From Minisyncoccota bacterium (GTDB taxonomy: Bacteria > Patescibacteriota > Minisyncoccia > Phycocordibacterales > UBA918): DNA of 64,000 nt. The stretch covers positions 26,901 to 90,900 of the forward strand of contig CALJTT010000003.1 in assembly GCA_937975855.1 (NCBI GenBank), given 5' to 3'. The position numbers were made by a program, and so were the translations under genes. Every line of letters begins with the position of its first letter. Position 1 is the first letter of the stretch. Shown here one piece after another: positions 18,443 to 27,805 of this stretch. The notes beneath the pieces were generated by a model, which saw only the letters and a list, made by a program, of their open reading frames with translations, was not told the origin of the DNA and did no database searches.

Positions 18443-20209
18443 TTAATCCTGCAAAAACCCTCCAGCCTGATGTTCCCATAGCTTGGCGTAGAGACCGCCG
18501 CCTGCAGCCAGTTCGTCGTGCGAACCATCCTCGATGATTTGTCCGTTTTCAAATACAAGAATCCTGTCCATCTTGCGTAGTGTTGATAAGCGGTGAGCGA
18601 CAGCGATCACAGTCTTGCCTTCCATCAGTTCTTCTAGAGCTGCTTGGATAGCCACTTCACTTTCACTATCGAGGGCGCTGGTCGCTTCGTCCAAAACAAG
18701 CAATGGTGCTTCTTTCAACATCGCGCGTGCGATGGCGACACGTTGTTTTTGTCCACCGGATAACTTCACTCCACGTTCACCAACCAGCGTGTTGTATTTT
18801 TCTGGTAACTGGTCGATGAACTCGTGTGCTTGGGCTCGTGTCGCAGCCAGGATCATTTCTTCTTCTGTAGCATCCGGCTTGCCGTACAGGATGTTCTCGC
18901 GGATGGTGCGGTGGAACAACATCGGCTCCTGCGGCACCAGGGCAATGTTTTGTCGCAGACTGTCCTGTGTCACCTGCGCGATGTTCTGACCATCGATCAT
19001 AATCTGTCCATACTGAATGTCGTGCTGACGCAGCAACAGAGAAACAAAGGTGGACTTCCCTGCACCAGATGGTCCAACCAGACCCACGCGCTCGCCTGGT
19101 TTGATATTGAGTGATAGTCGTTTGAAGATATCTTCCTCCTGGTACGCGAAAGTAACAGCTTGCCAGGTGATGGAGCCGGTTGGGACGGAGAGGTTGGCGG
19201 CGGAGGGATGGTCGGTGATTTCGTGGTTGATGAGGATATCTTGGAGGCCTTCTTCCATTTCTCCAAAAGCTTGGGAAAACGCGTCGAACGTTTTTCCAAT
19301 TGTGGTCAAGTTGTAAGCAACTTGAGTAACTAGTGTCAAAATTAATACCAATTCACCAGTTGTAGCCGTACCATTCTGCCAACTTTCTACTAAGATGTAG
19401 AACATCGCACTCGTTGCGGCAAACAAAATTGCTGAGTTTACCAACCTTGTTTTCTCAGAATATTTCCAAGTTCGTTCATGCTCTATCTTTCGTTTTGTAG
19501 TCAGCTCTTCTAAATCTAGTATCTCTTGACGCAAGCGAACATATTGTCTAGCAGCTTGAACGTTACTCAGCACGTCAGCAGTCCTGCCAGTTAACTTAGT
19601 TCGAGCTGCCGCATGCTTGCGAGACAATCGTCTTTTTTCCGGCGAAAGTTTTGCATTCAACACAACCATTACCGCTACCAACACCAAAAAAATGCCCGCT
19701 ACTTGCACGTTGACCGTTAGCATAAAAATAAAAGCGACCAAAAATGAAGTGAAGTTGCCTAGAATACTCCAAAAGAAATCAGGGATTATTTGACCAAAAC
19801 CACCAATCACATTTCCGAACTTGGTGAGAATGGAACCAGAAAATCTGTTAGAGAAATAAAAGTGACTATGGTTCAGTGTGTGTGCAGCCAACACATCAGA
19901 GCAACGTTTCATTGTCGGTGTCAGATATCTCATTCCTGTCACTGAAGATAATCGAAACAGTATTTGCACAATGAAAATAGCTAGCGGATACAGCAGGGCA
20001 TAAAATACGACGGTATCTGATTGGCCTGCCTCAGCCGCATCCACAATTAACTTAAACAAGTAACTAAGGCTCTGGTTAATTACTGACGCTCCAACAACAA
20101 TGAGTACCGTCAGGATAAAGTACAATTTGTAAGGCTGACTGACATACTGCAAAAAAGCCCAGGGCGTATTAGGAATATCTCCAGTATATGTGTTTTCTTG
20201 CTTTTCCAT
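18443..20209 (-). CDS. ABC exporter, fused permease/ATPase
   Basis: TM domain, Walker A GPSGAGKS, LSGGQKQR signature, LDEATSALD. Confidence 0.93.
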   Translation of the reverse strand: MEKQENTYTGDIPNTPWAFLQYVSQPYKLYFILTVLIVVGASVINQSLSYLFKLIVDAAEAGQSDTVVFYALLYPLAIFIVQILFRLSSVTGMRYLTPTMKRCSDVLAAHTLNHSHFYFSNRFSGSILTKFGNVIGGFGQIIPDFFWSILGNFTSFLVAFIFMLTVNVQVAGIFLVLVAVMVVLNAKLSPEKRRLSRKHAAARTKLTGRTADVLSNVQAARQYVRLRQEILDLEELTTKRKIEHERTWKYSEKTRLVNSAILFAATSAMFYILVESWQNGTATTGELVLILTLVTQVAYNLTTIGKTFDAFSQAFGEMEEGLQDILINHEITDHPSAANLSVPTGSITWQAVTFAYQEEDIFKRLSLNIKPGERVGLVGPSGAGKSTFVSLLLRQHDIQYGQIMIDGQNIAQVTQDSLRQNIALVPQEPMLFHRTIRENILYGKPDATEEEMILAATRAQAHEFIDQLPEKYNTLVGERGVKLSGGQKQRVAIARAMLKEAPLLVLDEATSALDSESEVAIQAALEELMEGKTVIAVAHRLSTLRKMDRILVFENGQIIEDGSHDELAAGGGLYAKLWEHQAGGFLQD

Positions 20210-20244
20210 AGAGTGTGTCTACTAGTTTGTAGACGGGTGGGAGA

Positions 20245-20640
20245 CTAAAACCTTTCTTCTAATTTTTGTTTGTTGAGTTTGCGTTTTTGGGCTGCGGTTA
20301 GGGCTGTCTCGGTTTTGTGTTCGTACATCTTGGATAAGTGACTGTCGTTATGCACAACTGTCAGCGGTGTCTGGGTAGCATGACGCAGGAGTGCGGTCAT
20401 AACTGCGTTGTCTGCAGTGCCAGTTTTTGAGCTTGCGTGTGTGAGCCTGCTGCGCGAGAAACTCTGCAACTTGCCAAGTATCGACCCACCGTAATCTAAG
20501 GCCCTGTCAGCGTGATTTCGCACGCCATTGAGGTACAGTCTTTCACCATGCTGTTTTTCCAGCATGACTAATCGAAAAGCAAAAACAAAAAGCGCCGTGG
20601 TGGCGCCAAATGTGACTGCTGATAGCAGTAGCGTCTCCAT
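20245..20640 (-). CDS. Hypothetical membrane-anchored protein
   Basis: N-terminal hydrophobic helix and basic C-terminus; 9 nt downstream of tsf. Confidence 0.6.
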   Translation of the reverse strand: METLLLSAVTFGATTALFVFAFRLVMLEKQHGERLYLNGVRNHADRALDYGGSILGKLQSFSRSRLTHASSKTGTADNAVMTALLRHATQTPLTVVHNDSHLSKMYEHKTETALTAAQKRKLNKQKLEERF

Positions 20641-20649
20641 TCCTCTATT

Positions 20650-21234
20650 CTACTTCACTGACACGCGGTTAATTTGAGCGATGTTGATATTCTCGCCAAA
20701 CTTTTGAATGCCTCCTGAGACCATTTCTGCGATAGTCGTTTCCGGGTTCTTGATAAAGTCTTGTTCCATCAAAATCTGATCTTTGAAGTATGCGTTGACC
20801 TTGCCTTCCATGATCTTTTCGTGCATATCTTCCGGCTTGCCTTCTAGCTCTGGAGCAAAAACTTCTTTAGCTTTCTCCAGCGCATCTTCTGGCATTTCAT
20901 CTCGATTGATGAACTTAGGGTCTGTTCCAGCTACTTGCAAAGCAATGTCTTTTGCCAGGGCAACAAATTCTTCGTTCTTTGACACAAAGTCAGTCTCACA
21001 AACAAGCAACACCGTCGCTGCGACTTCGTTGGTGTTGTGTACGTATACACCAACAGCGCCAGCGCCGAATTCTCGGTCAGATTTTTTCTCAGCTGCTTCG
21101 CTTCGCTTCTTCTTTAGGATGATGACAGCTTTGTCCATGTCTCCTTCTGCTTCAACCAATGCCTTCTTGCATTGCATGACTGAGATTCCAGTCTTCTCTC
21201 GTAGTTCTTTTAATTGTGCTGATGAGGTTTCCAT
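20650..21234 (-). CDS. tsf: Elongation factor Ts (short form)
   Basis: LKELREKTG.SVMQCKKAL, CETDFV. Confidence 0.95.
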   Translation of the reverse strand: METSSAQLKELREKTGISVMQCKKALVEAEGDMDKAVIILKKKRSEAAEKKSDREFGAGAVGVYVHNTNEVAATVLLVCETDFVSKNEEFVALAKDIALQVAGTDPKFINRDEMPEDALEKAKEVFAPELEGKPEDMHEKIMEGKVNAYFKDQILMEQDFIKNPETTIAEMVSGGIQKFGENINIAQINRVSVK

Positions 21235-21313
21235 AATGATTCAATCTTCAAACTAAATAACAATATTATCGCGGTCAGTATACCGCGGGCCGGACTAATT
21301 CCGAAGTCGCAAA

Positions 21314-22057
21314 CTATGCGCGCGGGCGTCGTGCTGGTGCTGCTTTTTCAGCTGCTGGCTTTGGGACGAATGCTGCCTTTCCTTCGTTGTATGCAGCTAC
21401 TAGTTCGTCCATTACAAGAGAGACACTTGAAGTAAGTGAGTCGTTGGCAACGATTGGGTGAGCGATCAATGACGCGTCACTGTCAGTTCCAAGCAAGGCC
21501 ATCACTGGGATGTTCTTATCTTGTGCCTCAGAGACTGCGATGTGGTCGTGCCGTGGGTCAACTACTATCATAAGTTCTGGCAATTTTGGAAGTGACACAA
21601 TTCCACCAAAGTTGAACTCTAGCTTGTCTGCCTCACGTCCGATAACCACTCGCTCTTTTTTGGTGTACTTTCGGTCTAGTTCTCCGCTAGCTTTTTCAGC
21701 TGTTAGAACCTCAAGACGATTGATTCGCTTTTTGATTTCTGTGTAGTTAGTCATCATTCCACCGATCCAACGGTTTGTGACGTACGCAACTTCAGCTTTT
21801 TGTGCAGCAGCGTGTACGATTTTGCTAGCTTCGTCTTTTGTTCCAACGAACATGACAACGCGGCCGTTCATACCGGCTTCTTTAATAGTTTCTTTGGCAG
21901 CTTTGATTGACGTCTCAGTTTTAGACAAGTCAATAACATCACTACCGTCTTTGGTAGCGTAGAGATACGAAGACACCGTTGGGTGACGTCGAGCTTTCTT
22001 AAAGCCGAAGTGTGCGCCCGCTTCAAACAGACGACTTACCAGATTTTTGTCTGACAT
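21314..22057 (-). CDS. rpsB: 30S ribosomal protein S2
   Basis: EAGAHFG, MFVGTK, RWIGGMMTN, ANDS; upstream of tsf. Confidence 0.95.
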   Translation of the reverse strand: MSDKNLVSRLFEAGAHFGFKKARRHPTVSSYLYATKDGSDVIDLSKTETSIKAAKETIKEAGMNGRVVMFVGTKDEASKIVHAAAQKAEVAYVTNRWIGGMMTNYTEIKKRINRLEVLTAEKASGELDRKYTKKERVVIGREADKLEFNFGGIVSLPKLPELMIVVDPRHDHIAVSEAQDKNIPVMALLGTDSDASLIAHPIVANDSLTSSVSLVMDELVAAYNEGKAAFVPKPAAEKAAPARRPRA

Positions 22058-22240
22058 ATTTAAATATGTTTATGGTGATAACACCAAGCTGCCGGTTAAA
22101 ATGATAAAGCTAGAATACGTGGATCCATCGAGGGGCGCCGGGGCGAAAATTTAGTGTAAAAATTTTCGCCCCTTAACGCACACGAGCCACAGACAGCTAC
22201 GGTGCCTGGAGACATACGGTACAAGTACCGAAATGTGGCA
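22058..22240 (-). promoter_or_regulatory. Structured rpsB 5' leader (candidate)
   Basis: Long non-coding region with a perfect 13-bp hairpin (22140-22172) and a CGGTAC/GTACCG hairpin. Confidence 0.35.
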
Positions 22241-22260
22241 GTACATTACTATGAAAAGGT

Positions 22261-23238
22261 TTATTCTGCAACGCCATCAGCACCAAAAGATGATAGCGCG
22301 TCGACAATCGGTTTCAAGTCCCCTGCCAAAGTTGCTTCGATCGTGTGCCATGACTGCTTGATGCGGTGGTCGGTGATGCGGTTTTGCGGGAAGTTGTAAG
22401 TACGGATTTTTTCGCTACGATCACCGGTTCCGATCTGACCCTTTCTTACAGCGGCGTGTTTTTTGGCTTCTTCTTCTTCGTGAAGCGCTTCCAGTTTGGC
22501 AGTCAACATTTCCATCGCCTTGAGCCGGTTCTTTAGTTGAGAACGATCGTTCTCACAACGCACGTCGATACCAGTTGGACGATGAACCAGGCGAACGGCT
22601 GTTTCAACCTTGTTGACGTTCTGTCCGCCAGCACCGCCAGCGCGCGAGAACTCCATGTCAATGTCTTGTGGGTTAATTTCCACTTTCGGTTTTTTACGCA
22701 TCGGCAAAACTGCCACCGACGCAGTCGAGGTATGGATCCGGCCCTGTTTCTCTGTGGCCGGCACTCGCTGCACTCGGTGCACACCAGTTTCATATTGAAG
22801 GTGTTCGTACACGTCAGGGTGCAAAAACTCGAAAGAGGCTTCTTTGTATCCACCAGCTTCGTTCATGCTGGTGTTGTTAATTAGTGTCTGCCACCCATTG
22901 GTAGCGGCGTATGCCTGATACATCTGCGCCAGTTCTCCTGCGAACAATGAGGCCTCGTCTCCTCCGGCACCTGCTCGCACTTCAATCATCACACCGTATG
23001 GTTTTTCGTCTTCTACTCTACTAGCCTCGATTATGCGATCCATCTCGTCGAACTGGTCCTGCAGCTGTTTGGTAAGCTGGGCGATTTCTTCTTGCGCTAG
23101 TTCGGCCATCTCAGGGTCGCTGTCAGCCAGCTCTTGTGCCTCGGTTAGTTTGACCATCTCACTATCAAACTGCGACGCGAGAAATTGCGTCTTTTGATTT
23201 TCCTTAAATTCTGTGAGTTTGTCTTGGTCAAATTCCAT
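22261..23238 (-). CDS. prfA: Peptide chain release factor 1
   Basis: [11 protein letters not shown] (PxT specificity motif), [20 protein letters not shown]. Confidence 0.95.
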   Translation of the reverse strand: MEFDQDKLTEFKENQKTQFLASQFDSEMVKLTEAQELADSDPEMAELAQEEIAQLTKQLQDQFDEMDRIIEASRVEDEKPYGVMIEVRAGAGGDEASLFAGELAQMYQAYAATNGWQTLINNTSMNEAGGYKEASFEFLHPDVYEHLQYETGVHRVQRVPATEKQGRIHTSTASVAVLPMRKKPKVEINPQDIDMEFSRAGGAGGQNVNKVETAVRLVHRPTGIDVRCENDRSQLKNRLKAMEMLTAKLEALHEEEEAKKHAAVRKGQIGTGDRSEKIRTYNFPQNRITDHRIKQSWHTIEATLAGDLKPIVDALSSFGADGVAE

Positions 23239-23254
23239 ATGTTTCAGTATACAA

Positions 23255-23294
23255 GAAAACGCAGCCGGCGATCTTTGGTGCCGGCTGCGTTTTC
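23255..23294 (-). terminator. Intrinsic terminator after the L31 gene
   Basis: 15-bp stem GAAAACGCAGCCGGC/GCCGGCTGCGTTTTC. Confidence 0.8.
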
Positions 23295-23301
23295 ATCAAA
23301 G

Positions 23302-23574
23302 CTAAGCTTTTTTCTTTCGCCGCTCAGCAGCCGCTGCAGTACGATTTTTGAATCGTTCAACACGCCCTGCGCTGTCCATGACCTTTTCTTGTCCTGTGTA
23401 GAAAGGGTGAGAAGTTGAAGAAACATCAACAGTCACAAGCGGGTACTCGTTTCCGTCAGTCCATTTGTCAGTCGCTTCAGTTTCAACAACTGAACCAACC
23501 AGCACACGGTCGTTGTTTGATGTATCTTGAAAAATTACCTTTCGGTAGTTATCTGGGTGAATATCTTTTTTCAT
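23302..23574 (-). CDS. rpmE2: 50S ribosomal protein L31 type B (Cys-free)
   Basis: [31 protein letters not shown]; no CxxC motif. Confidence 0.93.
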   Translation of the reverse strand: MKKDIHPDNYRKVIFQDTSNNDRVLVGSVVETEATDKWTDGNEYPLVTVDVSSTSHPFYTGQEKVMDSAGRVERFKNRTAAAAERRKKKA

Positions 23575-23640
23575 ATTGCAAACACTTCGGCGCACTCAAA
23601 AGGAATAGAATAAGCGAGTACACCTACTAGTGGTGCGCGA

Positions 23641-23668
23641 ACTATAGCAAAAAGGGCTGTTTTGGCAA
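23641..23668 (-). promoter_or_regulatory. Promoter of the L31 gene
   Basis: TTGCCA-N16-TATAGT with a TG extension. Confidence 0.6.
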
Positions 23669-23680
23669 GCGGTCGAAATC

Positions 23681-25036
23681 TTAATTACTCAAGATCTGGA
23701 TCTCTTGGGCTAGGCGGGATTTTCGGTTCATTACTTGGTTTCCGTAGAAGGCGTTGGCGGGGTTGTTTGCTCCTCCCCAGCCGGCATAGTAGCGCAGTGC
23801 TGCCATACGATCGCCGTTGTATGTGCCGTCGGCGCCGTTGTCACGCATCAGGAGGGCTGTAGCAATAAACGCGTCACGGTTATTGAAAGGGTTCGCGATA
23901 TCTCCACCGTTGATAGCACGAATGGCGTCAGAACCACGGCTGTAAACATAGCCTCCGGCACCGTCACTAACAATTCCGCCGTAGTATGCCCAGGTAGAAG
24001 GGATAAACTGTGAAGGTCCCATAGCTCCACCCCAGCCGACGCGTTGTCCCCCCTGATGAATCGGACACGACACGGTACGAGTCGTTGGGTCAAACCCAAG
24101 AATCTCTGCGATTGCCAAAAATACTGGTTCGTCTCGTGTTGGGTGCATCACTGGTCGAGACGAATTACTATCTGTAAACAGGCAACTGCCGAGATTTGAA
24201 CCAATGTTAGTTTCCTGTTCGAGAATAGCAAGAATCAATGCAGCGTCGACACCAGTTACCTGCGAAGCGTACTTTGCCAAGTCGACTGCCTGCGGCAACG
24301 GGATTCCTCCGCCTCCACCAAGAAGTGTGAAGAGCTGGTTACGTAGCTGTGCAGCGGTTTTTTCTTGTGATTTTAAAAGTGCGACATATTCGTTTTCTTC
24401 GCCTTTAGTCACGTTGAGGATCTGCGCTTTGGTCCTTTCGCGCTCTTCGATAGTCTTTTTTTCCAACTCTTGGATTCGCTTCATCTCAGCTTCTGTTTCT
24501 TTTTTGCTGGCGAGTTGTTCTTTTTGCTCAACTGTGTCGCTACGAATTTCGTGGAGAATTTCAAGAGACTCGTTTAGCGAATCTTTTAATGTATTGAAAG
24601 TGGCAACGTCACTAAAGAACTCTGAAAAATTTTGCTTACTCAACACAACCTCGACCAACGTGTGATCTGACTGCAGGGCAGACTTACGCACCAAGTCTGC
24701 TAGCGACGCGTGTTGCTTTTGTGTCTTTTCGCTAAGTACATCAAGTACAACTTCTTTGTCGCCGATCTGGTCAGACAGCTGCTCGATGGCAGCAGCTCTG
24801 GCCTGAATGCCGAGTTGAGCCTGAGTGATCTCACCTTCAATAATAGAAATGTCACGCTCGATAGATCGACGTTCCAATTTTTTATCTTCAACTAGTCTTT
24901 GCTGGGTGAGGATTTGACGCTCGACTTGCATCAACTGATTTTCAATACGACTACGACGCTCCGTCTCGCTTTCTGCAAAAACAGAATACGGAAGAACAAA
25001 CAATGCGATCAAAAAACAGGCCAACAATTTATGCAT
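23681..25036 (-). CDS. Secreted coiled-coil lytic murein transglycosylase
   Basis: Signal peptide, ~220-aa coiled coil, AILEQET (catalytic Glu), GAMGPSQFIPSTW, lysozyme-like fold motifs. Confidence 0.85.
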   Translation of the reverse strand: MHKLLACFLIALFVLPYSVFAESETERRSRIENQLMQVERQILTQQRLVEDKKLERRSIERDISIIEGEITQAQLGIQARAAAIEQLSDQIGDKEVVLDVLSEKTQKQHASLADLVRKSALQSDHTLVEVVLSKQNFSEFFSDVATFNTLKDSLNESLEILHEIRSDTVEQKEQLASKKETEAEMKRIQELEKKTIEERERTKAQILNVTKGEENEYVALLKSQEKTAAQLRNQLFTLLGGGGGIPLPQAVDLAKYASQVTGVDAALILAILEQETNIGSNLGSCLFTDSNSSRPVMHPTRDEPVFLAIAEILGFDPTTRTVSCPIHQGGQRVGWGGAMGPSQFIPSTWAYYGGIVSDGAGGYVYSRGSDAIRAINGGDIANPFNNRDAFIATALLMRDNGADGTYNGDRMAALRYYAGWGGANNPANAFYGNQVMNRKSRLAQEIQILSN

Positions 25037-25049
25037 GCTGTTAGTATAC

Positions 25050-25091
25050 CAAAACCGGGGGAATTTGCTTTCGCAAATTCCCCCGGTTTTG
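25050..25091 (-). terminator. Intrinsic terminator after rplY
   Basis: 19-bp perfect stem with a GAAA loop on the minus strand. Confidence 0.85.
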
Positions 25092-25102
25092 TCTTCGCTT
25101 TA

Positions 25103-25738
25103 TTACTCGGCTGGCTTCTCTTCTGTTTCTGCCCCAGCCTCTGGCGCTTCTCCTTCGGCTCCTTCTTCTGCAACCACTTCTTCTTCGACTTCTTCTTTCT
25201 GGACACTGATTACCGCTACTGGGTCTTCAGCTTCTGCATTGTAAGTTACACCTTCAATTTTCGGCAAATCTCCGACAGTAATCTTGTCGTTTTCTGTCGC
25301 CAGAGTCGAAACATCAACCGTAATGTCTGAAGGGATGTCACTTGGCCGACAAGTAACTTCAACATCCTGAATAATTCGTGTCACTGTTCCAATACCACCC
25401 TTCTCTGCTGGAGCTTCTCCAACGAATTCTAGTGGGATTGATACAGTCATTTCTTTACCTCGCTCGATAGCGTAGAAATCAACATGAACAATCCCTTGTT
25501 TAATTGGGTTGAAATCAACTTGCTTGATCAAAACCTCAAGCTCTTCACCTAAACCAGTTAGAGTGATGATCGTTGACTCACCCGCGTCCTTGCGAACTTT
25601 ATCGAAAGTAAGTTCATCAAGGCTCATTGCAAGTGGTTCTTGCTTTGGACCATAAACTACCGCCGGCACGTGACCAGCTGGTAATGTCCCGCGCCCAGTG
25701 GCCGCGTCTCTTTTTGCTACTTCTAGTTTCATAGTCAT
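25103..25738 (-). CDS. rplY: 50S ribosomal protein L25/Ctc
   Basis: VPAVVYG, HVDFY, C-terminal Ctc domain and acidic tail. Confidence 0.93.
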   Translation of the reverse strand: MTMKLEVAKRDAATGRGTLPAGHVPAVVYGPKQEPLAMSLDELTFDKVRKDAGESTIITLTGLGEELEVLIKQVDFNPIKQGIVHVDFYAIERGKEMTVSIPLEFVGEAPAEKGGIGTVTRIIQDVEVTCRPSDIPSDITVDVSTLATENDKITVGDLPKIEGVTYNAEAEDPVAVISVQKEEVEEEVVAEEGAEGEAPEAGAETEEKPAE

Positions 25739-25785
25739 AGTGCGGTGTAGAGTATCACAATTTCAAGAAAATCAAAGCACTTAGC

Positions 25786-26652
25786 CTACCGACGGGCGAA
25801 CAGTCGCAATCGCTCAGCAACAACTCCTTCTAGTGCATCTCGGCCAGCTTTGATATAACGATACGGCGCAACCTCGTCTGGGTTTTCGTTCAGGTAAGCT
25901 GCGATTCCGTCACGGTAGGCTTTGCGGATTTCTGTGTTGATATGAACCAATCCGATACCTGCTTCGATCGCTGACCTGAAGTCTTCGTCAGTAATACCAG
26001 ACCCGCCGTGCAATACCATCGGTACTCCACCAGCCTCACGCAGCTGGGCGATTCGTTCAATATTAAGTCGTGGGTTGTTGCCGTGCTTCATCATGCCGTG
26101 CAGGTTACCAACGGCTGGCGCGATCAGATCGACACCGGTCGCTGACACGAACTCGGCCAATTCCTCTGGCACGGTCAACATTTCTTCAGTGATTTCCGCT
26201 CCTTCTGGAATACCGTCCAGCATCTTTGACGACATTCCAATGTTGCCCAACTCAGCCTCGACCAAAATATCTCGGTCTTGAGCACGCGCGTATTCAACAC
26301 ATTGCTTTGTAACGATTACGTTTTGATCGTGACCTACCTTGTTACCGTCAAAAATAACAGCGTCGAACCCAGCGTCGATCGCCTCCTTCACTCGTTCGAA
26401 AGAATAGGTGTGGTCGGCGTTGGTGTAGATCGGATAGTCGAACTCTTCGCGAATACTTTTAACTAACGCCACCATTTGTTTTACCCCAACAAAGTCTCGC
26501 TCACCTTCTGACGCGCCGATAACAACTGGCAAGTCCAGCTCCTTGGCTGCGTTGAAAATCCCCCACAGCTGACTTGAGTCAGAAATATTAAAATGCCCAA
26601 TCGCAATCTTCTGTTCTTCCGCTTCCTTGATGACTTCTCGCAGTGATTTCAT
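25786..26652 (-). CDS. fba: Class II fructose-bisphosphate aldolase
   Basis: IGHFN, NADH, VEAELG, GNLHG, VLHGGSG, INTE. Confidence 0.9.
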   Translation of the reverse strand: MKSLREVIKEAEEQKIAIGHFNISDSSQLWGIFNAAKELDLPVVIGASEGERDFVGVKQMVALVKSIREEFDYPIYTNADHTYSFERVKEAIDAGFDAVIFDGNKVGHDQNVIVTKQCVEYARAQDRDILVEAELGNIGMSSKMLDGIPEGAEITEEMLTVPEELAEFVSATGVDLIAPAVGNLHGMMKHGNNPRLNIERIAQLREAGGVPMVLHGGSGITDEDFRSAIEAGIGLVHINTEIRKAYRDGIAAYLNENPDEVAPYRYIKAGRDALEGVVAERLRLFARR

Positions 26653-26723
26653 GGTTTAGTTAATTTATCTATACCTGGTAATAGTACCAAAAGCTGCGCC
26701 CGCACTTGTTATACTGGGTGCAT

Positions 26724-27725
26724 ATGTCACAACAATACGATTTCGTTGCCATCGGCGACATCCTAATAGACGCCTTTATTCAACTTAATGAAGATCAAGC
26801 CACAGTTACTAAAGACGAAGAAACTGGACGAAAGACTCTTTCAATGGAGTTTGGTAGCAAGCTTCCCTACGACGATGTTGTAGTTGTACCAGCAGTTGGC
26901 AACTCACCAAACGCGGCTACGTCTGCTACTCGCCTAGGTCTAGAGACTGGTCTTGTTAGCCATATCGGAAACGACAAGTTCGGAAAAGAATGTCTACAGG
27001 CTCTACGCGATCGTGGCGTGCACACAGACTTTATTAAAATTCACGAAGACAAGAAGACAAACTACCACTACGTATTGCGATACGGACCAGAACGAACGAT
27101 CCTTATTAACCACGAACATTACCCATACGCATTGCCAGACTTCCCGGTTGCACCGAAGTTCTTCTACTTCTCTTCTGTAGGTGAGCACGGCATCCCGTAC
27201 CACCACGAAATTGCCGAGTACGTAAAGAACAACGAGACCAAGCTCGCCTTCCAGCCTGGAACCTTCCAGATCAAAGTTGGAGTTGATGCAATCCGAGACA
27301 TATACGAAAACTCAGAAATCTTCTTCTGCAACAAAGAAGAGGCACAAGAAATTCTTAAAACAAAAGAACAAGACATCCCAACCCTCGTACGTATGGTGCG
27401 AGAACTTGGGCCCACTATCCCAGTTGTAACCGACGGTCCTGGTGGAGCATTCACAGTTGATGCAGACGACCAAGCATGGCACATGCCAATGTACCCGGAT
27501 CCAGCTGCCCCGGTAGACCGAACTGGTGCCGGGGATGCATTCTCTTCAACTTTCACTTCAGCAATCATCCTAGGGAAAGATCCTGCTGAAGCACTATCAT
27601 GGGGACCAATCAACTCTATGAGTGTTGTGCAGCACATCGGCGCCCAAGAAGGACTCCTACCAATGGACGCCCTCCAAAAATTCCTAGCCGATCGACCCGA
27701 CGACTACGTACCGAGTAAGGTGTAG
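26724..27725 (+). CDS. PfkB-family carbohydrate kinase
   Basis: GNSPNAA, N.EEA, DRTGAGDAF signature. Start at ATG 26724, after TGTTATACT. Confidence 0.9.
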   Translation: MSQQYDFVAIGDILIDAFIQLNEDQATVTKDEETGRKTLSMEFGSKLPYDDVVVVPAVGNSPNAATSATRLGLETGLVSHIGNDKFGKECLQALRDRGVHTDFIKIHEDKKTNYHYVLRYGPERTILINHEHYPYALPDFPVAPKFFYFSSVGEHGIPYHHEIAEYVKNNETKLAFQPGTFQIKVGVDAIRDIYENSEIFFCNKEEAQEILKTKEQDIPTLVRMVRELGPTIPVVTDGPGGAFTVDADDQAWHMPMYPDPAAPVDRTGAGDAFSSTFTSAIILGKDPAEALSWGPINSMSVVQHIGAQEGLLPMDALQKFLADRPDDYVPSKV

Positions 27726-27743
27726 GAATTCTCTCACTAACAG

Positions 27744-27780
27744 AAAAACGCCCCACGTTTTCACGAAGGGCGTTTTTTTT
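27744..27780. terminator. Bidirectional intrinsic terminator
   Basis: AAAAACGCCC...GGGCGTTTTTTTT between convergent genes. Confidence 0.75.
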
Positions 27781-27805
27781 ATTTTTTAGAACGATCATAG
27801 GCGCG

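Noticed and set aside
21270..21305. Small hairpins between rpsB and tsf as an ncRNA
   Set aside because: Stems of only 4-5 bp; more simply an internal -10 (GGTATACT) or processing site, so not supportable
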